DNA from: Cenarchaeum sp.
GTDB taxonomy: Archaea > Thermoproteota > Nitrososphaeria > Nitrososphaerales > Nitrosopumilaceae
Direction: 5' to 3'
Assembly: GCA_965242695.1 (NCBI GenBank)
Contig: CBDESU010000001.1
Span: 1,440,001 to 1,504,000, forward strand
Length of the DNA: 64,000 bases
Below are positions 9,912 through 20,238 of this stretch, piece after piece. Both the position numbers and the translations under genes were made by a program. The notes under the pieces are model-generated. The model ran no database searches. It had not been told where the DNA came from and saw only the letters and a program-made list of their open reading frames with translations. The number at the start of each line of letters is the position of its first letter. The first letter of the stretch is position 1.

Positions 9912-11159
9912 TCACAGGCCGCGGATCCGCCGCCCCGGCCGGCTCCGCCCGCGCATCCAGCGCAGGGTCGCCGCGGCCGCCCCGGCCGGCGCGCCGACGT
10001 ACATCCCCATTGCGAGCAGTACGGCGGCAACGCCGTGCGCCGCGACGGACGCCTCCGAGTTTGGATCGGCAAGCGCGGCGACCGAGAGCGCGTGCAGCAT
10101 CGGCGCGATCAGCACCGCCGCGGCCTGCCGGAACGCGGGATGCTCGCGCTCAAGGTCGGACACGTAGGGCGAGAAGGAATAGTACGCGGCCGAGAATGCC
10201 GACATGAACGCCGAGCCCGATCCCGTCGCGAGCAGCGTCCCGTCCCTGTACTCGCGCAGCGCCTGCACCTGCGGGGCAAGCTCGGTCCCGTGCGCGGCCG
10301 TTGCGATCAGGCAGCCCGAGTCGTCCGCGGACGGCGGCTCTGGCGGCTGCGGCACGGAGACGATCCCGGCGACCTCGACGGCATAGGTGTTGCTCCTGGA
10401 CTTGCGCAGGCCCGGCTCGCCCTCGAACACGGCGTAAAAGTCCCAAGAGCCGCCGGACGGCCGCCGCTCCGCCGTCCATTCGGCGTAGAACTCGCCGTCG
10501 ATGTCGGTCGTCAGGATCGCGATCGTCTCGTCGGACCCGAGGTCGACGTCGTCCTTTACGTATATCGTGGCGCCCTGGACGGGAGACCCTGCGTCGTCGT
10601 ATAGCCAGCCGCTGAACCGCACCGCGTCGCCCACGCCCGCGGCGACGGGGAGCGGGTTCAGGTCGAGGCGGGTCCCCTGCGCGGCGTCCCCGTCGACGTC
10701 CATGCGGTAGGTCTCGCTTCTGGACCTGTCCAGGCCCGGCTCGCCCTCGAACACGGCGTAAAAGTCCCAAGAGCCGCCGGACGGCCGCCGCTCCGCCGTC
10801 CATTCGGCGTAGAACTCGCCGTCGATGTCGGTCGTCAGTATCGCGATCGTCTCGTCTGAGCCGAGGCCGACGTCGTCCTTTACGTACACGGTGGCGCCCT
10901 CCAAGAAAAACCCGTCGCCGTCGTGCAGCCAGCCGTAGAATACGACCGTGCTGCCCGGGGCGACGCTGGAAGGCAGCGGCTCGAGGTGGAGGTGCGTGTC
11001 CAGAGACTGCGCGTGCGCAGGGGGCGCCGCAACCGCGGCGGCAGACGCGGCGATCGCAACCGCAAGCAACGGCAGGGCTGGCCTCACGGGGCGCGGCACG
11101 GGAGGGGCTCTTAAGACGGTTTTGAGCGAGCGCCCGACGTCAAGGACTAGGAGGGTCAC
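9912..11159 (-). CDS. Surface protein: signal peptide, two Ig-like repeats, CFI-box-CTERM domain
   Basis: Signal-like AVAIAASAAAVAAPPAHAQ; two ~108-aa repeats (period 324 nt); GCLIATAAHGTELAPQVQALREYRD..YYSFSP motif plus TM anchor. Confidence 0.85.
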   Translation of the reverse strand: MTLLVLDVGRSLKTVLRAPPVPRPVRPALPLLAVAIAASAAAVAAPPAHAQSLDTHLHLEPLPSSVAPGSTVVFYGWLHDGDGFFLEGATVYVKDDVGLGSDETIAILTTDIDGEFYAEWTAERRPSGGSWDFYAVFEGEPGLDRSRSETYRMDVDGDAAQGTRLDLNPLPVAAGVGDAVRFSGWLYDDAGSPVQGATIYVKDDVDLGSDETIAILTTDIDGEFYAEWTAERRPSGGSWDFYAVFEGEPGLRKSRSNTYAVEVAGIVSVPQPPEPPSADDSGCLIATAAHGTELAPQVQALREYRDGTLLATGSGSAFMSAFSAAYYSFSPYVSDLEREHPAFRQAAAVLIAPMLHALSVAALADPNSEASVAAHGVAAVLLAMGMYVGAPAGAAAATLRWMRGRSRPGRRIRGL

Positions 11160-11362
11160 TCGCCGTCGTCGTCCGACCGGGTCAGTAGCTCCAAGGCAAG
11201 CCCCGCGGCCAGCCCCACAAAGGCACCGAGGGCAAGGCTGCCGACCCAGGAATAGTCTGGCTTTTCTCCATCCTTCCCCTCAGGTCCCTGAGCTTGTCGT
11301 ACTCGGTCTTTGGGATGCGAAGGCTGACGTACTTTGGCTCGTCGTCCTCTTCGCCGCTGCCA
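11156..11362 (-). pseudogene. Small RHH-like protein with TM helix, one frameshift at ~11262
   Basis: KYVSLRIPKTEYDKL continues after a 1-nt shift in an A-run as KPDYSWVGSLALGAFVGLAAGLALELL. Its stop overlaps the GTG of the CFI-box gene (GTGA). Confidence 0.45.
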
Positions 11363-11381
11363 CGAGGGCGGCGCGGCCGCC

Positions 11382-11675
11382 CTAGTCGGGCATCTCCATC
11401 GCGCGGAGAAGCTTGAGGGCCGGAGACCACCCCGCCGCGGCGAACCTGTCCAGGACGGAGAGGCACCTGCGCCTGTCGCCCTCCCCCGGCAAGGTCCGGA
11501 GCAGCCCGTTGAGTGCCTCGACGGAGTCCGTCATGACGTGTGGTAGGTGCGGCGACTCGGGCAGAGCCGCGACCCGCTCCAAGTGTCCCAGCGCCTGCTC
11601 CAGCATCCGATGCCAGTGGTCCCTCAGGAAGGCCGTCAGTATTTCCAGCGTCTCGCGGTCTCCCTCGCGATCGCT
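11382..11675 (-). pseudogene. Inverted paralogous remnant of the STAND ATPase C-terminus
   Basis: LERVAALPESP...RRRCLSVLDRFAAAGWSPALKLLRAME matches the end of the 2-3757 protein. Confidence 0.8.
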
Positions 11676-11865
11676 GCGCGTAAGGGGCGTGTGAGACCTA
11701 AAGTCGTACCCCGGACGGCGATGCCGTCGCGGCGCAGGCGCGGCGCCGTGCCACCTGTGGCGCATGGCGGAGGAGTAGGAACACTGGACGGACGGCGCGC
11801 GCCAGCCCCAAGTCCGATCCACAGGATCAAAAAACTTGCGTGCTGGCAGGGTGCTAGCCGTGCAG

Positions 11866-12123
11866 TCAGCACTGGAGCGTCCCGGCCCGCCTCTTTGCGT
11901 TGTTTTCCCACTGGAGTGGGCGCAGGTTGGGCAGATCCTCTCCACCCCCCTTCGATGCAGGGCAGATGTGATCTACGTTCCAGCCATTCTGCGTCTGCCG
12001 GCCGTACTCGGCCCACTTCATGACCGCACCGCATGCGTCGTGGCGCCAAACGTCGGCACTGTAGCCAGGAATCGGCCTGCCCTTTTCCCAGATCCTCCGC
12101 AGTTTTTCTGCCGCGTATCCCAT
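11866..12123 (-). CDS. Small HNH endonuclease
   Basis: WRHDACG...GWNVDHICPASKGG..LPNLRPLQWENN. Confidence 0.85.
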   Translation of the reverse strand: MGYAAEKLRRIWEKGRPIPGYSADVWRHDACGAVMKWAEYGRQTQNGWNVDHICPASKGGGEDLPNLRPLQWENNAKRRAGTLQC

Positions 12124-12599
12124 GCCGCTGGCGGGCTGAGCGGGTAGTTATAACGGTTTTGCGGCATCTGCAGCCGCGTCAGGATCAGTCGACCGGCTGT
12201 TTGAATAGCCAACATGTGCATGGCCGACGTACGGCTGCACATCTCATGGAAACTTGGCGGCAACCCGGCCAGCGGACGGCCGCCGAACCACCCGCCCACG
12301 CCTAGGCGTCAGACGGCGGCATACCCGCACCCGCACCCGCACGTTCCAAAGTCGGCATAGCGGCTGTAACCATGCCAAAAACCTTTGTGGTGCCTCCCGC
12401 GCGCATCGTACGTTTGGCTCCAGGTTGTGGCGGATTCGGACTGTCTAGGCAGTCGCCCACGGTTCACCGTTGCAAAGACAGCATGGCATTGCCAGGGCAC
12501 CGAGGCGGACGTATGGCTGGCGCAGTACTGTTCAGACGGGCTCGGAGCCGCGCCGCCGCCCGGTCGTACGGCCACTCGCACCCAGCACACGATCCCGCA

Positions 12600-13121
12600 T
12601 CATGTCATTCCCGACTCGGGAGATGCCTTGCTAGTGACCGCGATGGTGACAGACTGCTTTGTCTCTATGAGCGGATCCCCCAAGTGGTTGACAATGTCGT
12701 CATAGTAGATTACGTCGGTCAGTATCGTCCGTATGCGCAGCAAGTTGTCGTGACTGTCTTGGACTATGTACTCGTTCCACGGCTCATCGGTCTGCTCTTT
12801 GACGATGTAGTCTACAAGCCCCGTTTTTTTAGCAGAGTGGATTTGCTGGCGGTCGGGCGGAGTGGGCCGCTTTTTCGGATTTTTGTTTACAAATGCGACT
12901 ATATCAGTAGTGCCGACAATGTAACGGTTGTCGTCGGTGATTACAACGTCTGGCGGAAGCTTGTCGGTGACTGCGCTCAGGATGTTTACAGGTATGCTCG
13001 CGATGTTCAAGACCCCCTGAACGACAGGGTGGTCAATGTAGTACCGGTTGAACTCGAACGACTTTGTTCTGTACAGCAGAGATGGAAACTCCCACAACTC
13101 GGGGGATGGAATGTAGGACAT
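12600..13121 (-). CDS. Hypothetical protein with two related E.WN.Y-type subdomains
   Basis: Lower-GC ORF with normal composition; FEFNRYYI and EPWNEYIV...GDP segments; starts 4 nt after the zinc-ribbon gene stop. Confidence 0.65.
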   Translation of the reverse strand: MSYIPSPELWEFPSLLYRTKSFEFNRYYIDHPVVQGVLNIASIPVNILSAVTDKLPPDVVITDDNRYIVGTTDIVAFVNKNPKKRPTPPDRQQIHSAKKTGLVDYIVKEQTDEPWNEYIVQDSHDNLLRIRTILTDVIYYDDIVNHLGDPLIETKQSVTIAVTSKASPESGMT

Positions 13122-13125
13122 GATC

Positions 13126-13518
13126 CTAGGCGAGCCGGGCGGTGACGCGGCGGCTTCTTTGTATGACCATGATGGCCGGAGTCCGCATCTCCGACGGGGT
13201 AGAGGACACGGTCTTTTCGGCGCTCAGATCGCCCCGTGTGACTGGGGATGCGCGAGAGCCGCTCAAGACGTACGTTTCCGCAGCGTTGTCAAGCGGGTAC
13301 GACACCAGTGTGCGATCTAGTACCTCAAGCGCTCGGTCCTTGTCGCTACGCCCCTTCTCCGTCAACAGGCCATAGCCGCACATCTCGCATGCCATGCCGT
13401 CAAAGGCTCCTAGCTTGGTGCCGTCGTGGTAGACCGGAACCAAGCACGGCCCAAGAGGGTAGCGGCAATTGGGGCAACCAAGCTTGCCCGGTGCCAGCTC
13501 TATCGGCTTCCTCTTCAT
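13126..13518 (-). CDS. YgiT/MqsA-type zinc-ribbon protein, copy 1
   Basis: CPNC...CEMCG; TATA-like box at ~13541-13547 on the minus strand. Confidence 0.7.
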   Translation of the reverse strand: MKRKPIELAPGKLGCPNCRYPLGPCLVPVYHDGTKLGAFDGMACEMCGYGLLTEKGRSDKDRALEVLDRTLVSYPLDNAAETYVLSGSRASPVTRGDLSAEKTVSSTPSEMRTPAIMVIQRSRRVTARLA

Positions 13519-13829
13519 TGGCGCGGCGTCTTTTTAGTCCTATATAAACACAACTCGCGGCAGGGCCGGATCTGGGGCTGTGGGGGCCTGGCGCCCCCAC
13601 GCCTGAGCCGCCTTGGCCCGAGCCCGCCGGGGCGGTTTGCGCCGCCACAAGACCAGACCGGGGGCATGTTGCTAGCAACGGCCAGCAACCGAGCGACGCG
13701 TGCAAGATGCCCACTAGTCGGGCGACGGGGGCTGACGACGGCAAGGCGGCAAGGGGGGCAAGGCAGCGGCGGCACGCGGGCAAGGCAGCGGCGGCAGCCA
13801 CTCCGACCCCGCAGGGTAGCAGCGGTCGC

Positions 13830-13945
13830 TCTGGCAACCGGAGCGCGGCGTACAGCCCCGCCGCCAGCAGGATGACCGCAACGCCGTGCGCCACGACGGA
13901 CGCCTCCGAGCCCGGGTCGGCAAGGGCCGCGGCCCAGAGCGCATG
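13830..13945 (-). pseudogene. Second CFI-box-CTERM fragment
   Basis: AALADPGSEASVVAHGVAVILLAAGLY. Confidence 0.65.
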
Positions 13946-14012
13946 CCGCGGCCTGTACTCTTCCGCAGCTGCCGCCCCCCAGCGCGCGCCCAAGCCTGCG
14001 AGGCTACGCGCA

Positions 14013-14471
14013 TCATTCGATCCGTGCACCGCGATTCGCCCCGCCCCGCACCCGCTGATTCTCATCACGCATGCCGCGGGCGGGCGCCGCATTGGATCGA
14101 GTTTCACGGAGGGGGGAGGATGCCGCGCATTTGTCTGTCCCCGGGATGCAGGCCTGCAAATCCCCTCGTGTCGCATCCGCACCTTGCAAAGTCCTCCTTG
14201 TCGAGCACCACGACATGGCTGCACACCGTGTCCCTCCTGCCGTCGTACCCAGCCCCGATGTTCCTTGCGTGGCAGTATGCCAGCTTGCCTCCGGCTAGCT
14301 CCACGAGGGAATCTGACTCTTCGAAGTCGTCAGGCTTGATTTCGAGGGGACGAAAGTGGCATCTAGGTGCAGATGCAATCTCTTCGGCAATGCCGCGGCT
14401 TTTCGCCACGTCCTGGCACCCCTTTTTCCCCGCATGTTGCCCGTCGTGTGGGCTAGCTGTTCCGCCTTCAT
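14013..14471 (-). pseudogene. GAP1-N2-like gene copy 2, frameshifted and internally deleted
   Basis: Aligns to 3991-5133 but lacks ~4057-4740 (junction at CCGCGG microhomology) and has frameshifts near 14425 and 14105. Confidence 0.85.
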
Positions 14472-14476
14472 AAATT

Positions 14477-15535
14477 TCACCTTGTGGATACAAGCCATGT
14501 GATGAGCCTTTCGTATTCCTCGATCGAGTATTCGAGGGGAATCACCAGGTAGTCGCCAGGATCGGCAGGCTCGTCATCCTCGGCTGCCTCGGCATCATCA
14601 TCCTTGCTTTCCTCGTCATCTTCGTACTCTTCGCCGTCGCCATCTTCGTACTCTTCGTCATCATCATCGGGCCGCTCTTCCGTCGTCTTTGCAAACACCT
14701 TGAAGAAGGAGCGCGGGCCCGAGTGGGACACACGAAGGCACGACATCAAGTCTGGGTACTTGCCGGCAAGGTCCTTGGCCGACCTTTGCGCGTCCTGCTC
14801 GGGGAGGGCGTCTGTCTTGGTAAATACGATCGCCAGGGGATCAGTAAAGCGATTCGTCGAGTCGATACGGTCGATTCTCTCCTTGATTTTGCGAATCATT
14901 TTTATGGCGTTTACGGCCTTTGGCTTGTCCGTGTCCCAATCGCCGATCCCCTCGCAGTCGATCATCAAGACGTACTTTGTCGCGTGGACAAGGTACGCCC
15001 CGTTGCTATTTAGCATCTCCGCCACCTGCCCGTCAATGTCGTCGTCATCGTCGGCGGACTCGGAGAGGTGCCCCGAGCAGTCCTCGCCCGGCATGTCGCG
15101 CAGGACCATCTCCAGCGTTGCCGACATGCCCTTCATGCGGTGTATGTTGATCCTCAGGCTCGGATAGTCGTTCTTCACGGTCGGCGGCGGGAACGATCCC
15201 CGCTTCATGCGCCGGATCGTCTCGTTTATCTCGTCGTGGCCCGAGACCGTCTGGGCATCCCACCTGCCCCTGCTGCGCGGCACCCACCGGGTCGAGAGCG
15301 TATGCGTGACAAGCGCGGCGACCACCGTCTTGCCCGCGCCTACATCGCCCACGAATGCGATCGTGTCCCTGCCGTCGTACTCCTGAAGGGTCTCGCGTAT
15401 GAGACTGTCGACGCTGGATGCCCGCCGCACGGCTCCGGCCACCGCACCGAGTAGGCGCAGGGTCTCGCGTATGAGACTGTCGACGCTGGATGCGCCGTGC
15501 TCGGCTCCCTCCGCATGCTGTTCTGGCGTCGACAC
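14477..15535 (-). CDS. TRAFAC-class GTPase, copy 2 (carries an in-frame 72-bp insertion)
   Basis: GDVGAGKT, DMPG, TKTD; highly similar to 5139-6122. Confidence 0.8.
   Translation of the reverse strand: MSTPEQHAEGAEHGASSVDSLIRETLRLLGAVAGAVRRASSVDSLIRETLQEYDGRDTIAFVGDVGAGKTVVAALVTHTLSTRWVPRSRGRWDAQTVSGHDEINETIRRMKRGSFPPPTVKNDYPSLRINIHRMKGMSATLEMVLRDMPGEDCSGHLSESADDDDDIDGQVAEMLNSNGAYLVHATKYVLMIDCEGIGDWDTDKPKAVNAIKMIRKIKERIDRIDSTNRFTDPLAIVFTKTDALPEQDAQRSAKDLAGKYPDLMSCLRVSHSGPRSFFKVFAKTTEERPDDDDEEYEDGDGEEYEDDEESKDDDAEAAEDDEPADPGDYLVIPLEYSIEEYERLITWLVSTR
15387..15493. repeat. 35-bp direct repeat / 37-bp unique insert / repeat (period 72)
   Basis: AGGGTCTCGCGTATGAGACTGTCGACGCTGGATGC at 15387-15421 and 15459-15493. 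Confidence 0.95.
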
Positions 15536-15847
15536 GGCAGTGGGGTCCAAAATTGGCATATAATCTGTAGCATGGCCGCGGGTGCGGGATCCGTGCATCG
15601 CCCGCATGCCGGCGCCCGTCGCGGGGCGGCGGCCCGCGGCAAGAGAAGCCCCGAAGTCGGCCCGCGGCCATGGTGCGGTGGGCCTGCGCGCGGCAGCGTC
15701 GGTTTGCATGCCGCGCCGCCGATCCTTCGGAGTATGACGTAGGCGGGGATGCATCCCGCCGGCCCGCCAAGCCGCCTTCGTGCAACACCGAAGGATACCT
15801 CGACGTGATCGCATGGATTATAAAAACGGGCAACAGGTCGACGGACG

Positions 15848-16861
15848 TTGACAAAAAAGGCCATCCACTGCGACCACTTTGCGTTCGGATCGGCCCCGGC
15901 AGGCGGCAACAAGCCGTACGCGTACGGGATCGTCGCGAGGTCACCCGGCGTCGACGATCGCGTACTGCGCCTGCTCGATGGCCGCCTGTACCCTGTAGGG
16001 GTCGACCAGAGCAAGTTTGTCAGGTCGCTCTCGCTGCTTGTGCTCGACGAGGTGGTCGCGCTTACGCAGGCCAGGAACGCCGGCCACGACGGCGAGGGGC
16101 GGCCCAACTCGATATACAGCCACACCGTCCTGATCGACAGGCGCGACTTTGAGGCGATACGGTGCGACACGAGGGCGGTCACCATGCAGTGCCCGCAGGC
16201 GGAGCAGTCTGGCGACCTGCGGCCCCTCGAGATAAAGCCGCTCGACCTCGGCATGGACTTTGACAGCGCCCGGCGCCTCGGACTGGTAGGCCTGCGCCCG
16301 TTCCTAGAGGCCATGTTCTCCGGGCATAATGTGGCCATCAGGAATGCGGGCGGCGGAGCCCTGCTGCAGGGACTCCTCTCGCTGCTCCCAGACCCGCTTC
16401 GCATCGTGCCGTTCACCTCGCTGCTCCCGGACACGCCGCGCCGGCACCCCTACAGGCTGGTGCAGACGGACGCCCCGCGCCCGATGTTCGGCAGCCACAC
16501 CGTCATCAATATGGCCGGCATGTCCACCGCTACGCCCGCATCGACGATGCTGGCAAAGTGCGCCGGGCGCCTAGTGCGCATGATAGCGGACAGGGACGAA
16601 GAGGGCATAGAGTCGCTCTACGGCGACATCGGGGCCCTCTCGGGGCTAGACTACAAGGAGCGCCTCTGCGCCGCCGCAGGGGCAAGGATGTACAGCGAGG
16701 GGATGCTACGGTCGCCGGCATGGGCCGGCAGCATGGCCCGCATGCTCGACGCGGCTCCGGCAGGCCGCGCCGCGCCCTGCTTTGGGCGACTAGTGCGCTT
16801 TTTGTCGGACGGCGACCGCGCACGGTACTCGCAGAGGTACGGCGCGCCCTCCGGACCATGA
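15848..16861 (+). CDS. Divergent GAP1-N2-like protein
   Basis: YGIVARSPGV and GHDGEGRPNSIYSHTVLID parallel the motifs of 3991-5133; TTATAAAAA box at ~15818. Confidence 0.6.
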   Translation: MTKKAIHCDHFAFGSAPAGGNKPYAYGIVARSPGVDDRVLRLLDGRLYPVGVDQSKFVRSLSLLVLDEVVALTQARNAGHDGEGRPNSIYSHTVLIDRRDFEAIRCDTRAVTMQCPQAEQSGDLRPLEIKPLDLGMDFDSARRLGLVGLRPFLEAMFSGHNVAIRNAGGGALLQGLLSLLPDPLRIVPFTSLLPDTPRRHPYRLVQTDAPRPMFGSHTVINMAGMSTATPASTMLAKCAGRLVRMIADRDEEGIESLYGDIGALSGLDYKERLCAAAGARMYSEGMLRSPAWAGSMARMLDAAPAGRAAPCFGRLVRFLSDGDRARYSQRYGAPSGP

Positions 16862-17579
16862 AGCATGCCGGCCGCGCGCTCGACGCGGCAGCGTTTGAAG
16901 AGGTGCTCGGCGAGTGCGACGGCGAGCGGTGGGCAGACGCCAAGGGCCTCGTCGAGGCGCTGGTCGAAGAGAGGCCCGACGAGATGCAAGAGAATGGGAG
17001 TCAAATCCTGTCGCATGCGGCATCCCACAGAGCCGCCCAGGAAGTGGTGGACGCGTTTGCCGCATCGCACCAGCTGCGCCCTCTGATACTCGACGCGCTG
17101 AGCAGGATGCACTCCGACGATGCTTGGCAGTGCAGGGGCCTCTTCCCATGGCCTCCAAGTCGCTGCTTGCCGCCGACTCTGCGCACCTGAGGAGGCTCTT
17201 CGCAGCAGACGCGTGCGATCTGGGGTCGGACAGCGGCGCCCGCCGGTTCTGCCGCGCCGCATCCCTGGCGCTCTCGGACATCTCGATGGGATCGGACGTC
17301 GCGGCGCTGACGGATGCGGCCGAGGCGCTGCACGACAGGGTCGCGTCCGAGGCATCCCGCGCCGACGGCTCCTACGAGGAGCGGTTCCGCCACCTGCGCG
17401 TCGCGCTGGCCGGCGCCCACGACGCCCTGATCCGCAAGGTGTACGGCGCGCTGTTCCGCGGTGTGGCAGGAGGCGAGCCGGCGATCCAGAGGGCAGAGTC
17501 GACGGCAAGGAGTATTGCGGTCACCATCGACCGCATGCGCGCCCCCAGGTTCATGTCCATTCTGCCGTCCTTCCGGTGA
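16858..17579 (+). pseudogene. All-helical partner protein, frameshift near 17145
   Basis: ATGA overlap with the upstream stop; protein-like sequence continues from the frame of ORF 16558-17190 into that of 16914-17579. Confidence 0.5.
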
Positions 17580-17828
17580 ACCGCACGGCCGGTATGGCTC
17601 GCGCCAGGACTGCAGGCGGAGATTGGCCGCCAGGCGCGGCACGGCGCTGAACGCATGGCGGCCGTGGCGCATATCCCGGTGCGCGGGCTACGCTCGGGGG
17701 CGATTTCGTCGCCGCCGCGCCCTGCCGGTACGCAGGAATGCACGACGCTGCACCGGCGGGGCCCGAGTGGCCCTGTCCGGCGTGACGGCACAAGCTCAAG
17801 CTGGGAGGGACCGGCTCGGGATGCGGCC

Positions 17829-18221
17829 CTATGCGATCCGTGCTGTGACGCTGCTGGTTTTTTGCAGGATCGTGACGGCGGGTGGCTGCAGGTCCGTAGG
17901 AGTCGAACACATGGTCTTTTCGACGCTCAAGTCGCCCCGCGTGACGGGGGATGCGCGGGGGCTGCTCGCGGCGTACTTTTCCACGACCATGGCTGGAGGA
18001 TACGGCAACGGGATGTGATCGGGCGCCTCAAGCGCCCGCTCCCGGTCGCCGCGCCCCTTCTCCGTCAGCAAGCCATAGCCGCACATCTCGCAGGCCATGC
18101 CGTCAAAGGCGCCGAGCTTGACGCCGTCGTGGTACACGGGAACCAGGCGCGGCTCGAGCGGGTACCGGCACTCGGGGCAGCCGAGCGTGCCCGGCTCCAA
18201 CTCTATCGGATCCCTCTTCAT
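17829..18221 (-). CDS. YgiT/MqsA-type zinc-ribbon protein, copy 2
   Basis: CPEC...CEMCG; close paralog of 13126-13518 with a conserved promoter region. Confidence 0.7.
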   Translation of the reverse strand: MKRDPIELEPGTLGCPECRYPLEPRLVPVYHDGVKLGAFDGMACEMCGYGLLTEKGRGDRERALEAPDHIPLPYPPAMVVEKYAASSPRASPVTRGDLSVEKTMCSTPTDLQPPAVTILQKTSSVTARIA

Positions 18222-19690
18222 TGCCGCGGTGGATTTTTAGCCCCGTATAAGCATAGCTTGCGGCACTGTGCGAGGGCGCGGCATGCAAAGGCCCGGCTGG
18301 ATCGGGGCCCTGCCGCAGGTTGTATCGGCGGCTCTGTCCGTTCGGCCCGGCCCGCGCCGCTCGCGGCGGAAGATGGTGAAAGAGGGGGGCCTAGGAGGGG
18401 GCAAGGGCGCGCCCGCAAGAGTGCGAGCAGACGCCGTCGAGATCTGGCCGGCTCTTGCCGGGTACCGCATCGAGCAACGGAGTTGGCGGAGAGGGGGCGC
18501 CACACTGCCCCGTCCAAGGCCAGACGGTGGCAAGGCAGGGCGCTTGTCACCTGCGCGGCCTGCCCCGCCTCGGCCGGAGCGCGACCCGCCGGGCCATCCC
18601 GCCGCGCCCGCGGGCGCCCTGCGCACCCCCCCCCCCCTGCGGCACTCGCGCGGGCCATCGCCGCCGGCCTGCGCATGCGCGCCGGCAGACGGTCGCGCCT
18701 TCTTCAAATTCGGCGATGCGCGCCACGAACCGCGCGCACTGCGAACTGCGAGCCGGGCGCCAGAGGGGCCGCAGGGCGGCCGCACACTGCGCGCCGGGCG
18801 GCGTCCTACGCGCCCGCAGCCGCGTTTCTGCGCCCGCCGATCTGCCGCTCAACGTGCGCCGATCCAACGGGATGCGCCCGCAGGGCCGCGCGGCGGCCCG
18901 ATCTCGCCACGCCTTGGGCGCCGATGCCGCCGTGCGGCAAGCTGCCCCGCGCCGCCCCAGAGGCCCGAACATGCGCCGTGCGGCATCAGGGCTCTGGCGT
19001 GCCTTGCAAAGGATCTTGGGCCTGCCAAGCCCTTATATGCGCCCAAAGTGCGCCGGCATGCATGGGCAGATGGGAAATGCGCTGGGAGACCCGGCATGCA
19101 AACGCCGTCAAGGACTACGAACGAAAGGAGGAAGAGGGCAGGGTGCAGATGGTCGACTTGACGCAGAGGCTTGACGCCGCGGCCGGATCACGGCCCCAAG
19201 CGGAAGCCTCTTGAAGGCAAGAAGTCAGTCGACGGGCTCGATGCCGACGAAGAGCGGTATTTTTATCAACGCGAACCGCACGGGGCGCAGGACGGGCCCG
19301 CCCATCTGCGGCAGGCGGCAGCGTGCCGGCAAGCCATCCTGTGCGGAGGGCATCGCCATCCTGCTCCCTGCATCGACGGCGGCTTCGCCCTTGCAATGCA
19401 TGTCGAGTCGACTCCGAGCGCCGGCGATCTTGACCGAGCGGCGAGCTGCGCGGCATCCCGGACTTCAGAGATTCCCCCGCAGAGGCTCGCAGCCCCGGCG
19501 CGCTCGGGCCGGCCGGCCGGACGGCCGACCAGGCACGCCCGGCGCGCACTCTGCACGCAGGGGCGATCTGGACAGGGCGCAGTGCGATCGCATGCTCCCA
19601 TGCCGACATCCCGCCGCCGTGGCCGGCGCGCGGATCGCCCACGCGCCTGCGGCCGCGTCGAAAGTCATATATCACAGGGGCTGGGCGGCA

Positions 19691-20238
19691 ATGCCAGAGT
19701 ACGCAATGGACAGTCCCACCTTGGCGGAGATTTCGGACAGGGTCCCGGCGCTGGTAAAGGCCGGCATAAGGGGCCTGACCGACGACGAGAGGCTGGGCCT
19801 GGTGATAGCGCTCGCAGAGGGCGGGAGGATGACATTCTCCGAGATAAAGGCAAAGTACGGCCTCGACCCCAGCACGCTGGGCGGCCACCTGAGCGCGCTG
19901 CAGAGCGGAAACCTTGTGCGCAGCTACTACGAGAAGGGTTCGGAGGCGCATACTCGTACTACGAGGCGACCGAGCTGCCCGAGGCCGTCATAGGCGCGCT
20001 GCTCGCGTCCGTGTACGGGGCCGAGGCCGGCGAAGGGAGGCCTCCGCACCCCGGCGGTGGCTACCCGCGGGCGCTACTGGGTATGGAGGAGGGCGGCCCG
20101 AGCCGGCAGACACAAGTCGCCGCCGGGCTGCATGGTAAGAGCCACATGCAGGCTGCGGCGCGCCCGCCCCCGATCTCCATCCCTAACAACGACACGGGTG
20201 GAGAGGCGCAATTCCCAGGCCTCGTGTACAGGGTCTGA
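19691..20238 (+). pseudogene. ArsR-like winged-helix regulator, frameshift at ~19937
   Basis: ERLGLVIALAEGGRMTFSEIK...PSTLGGHLSALQSGNLV, then YSYYEATE in another frame; TATA-like box at ~19667. Confidence 0.7.
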
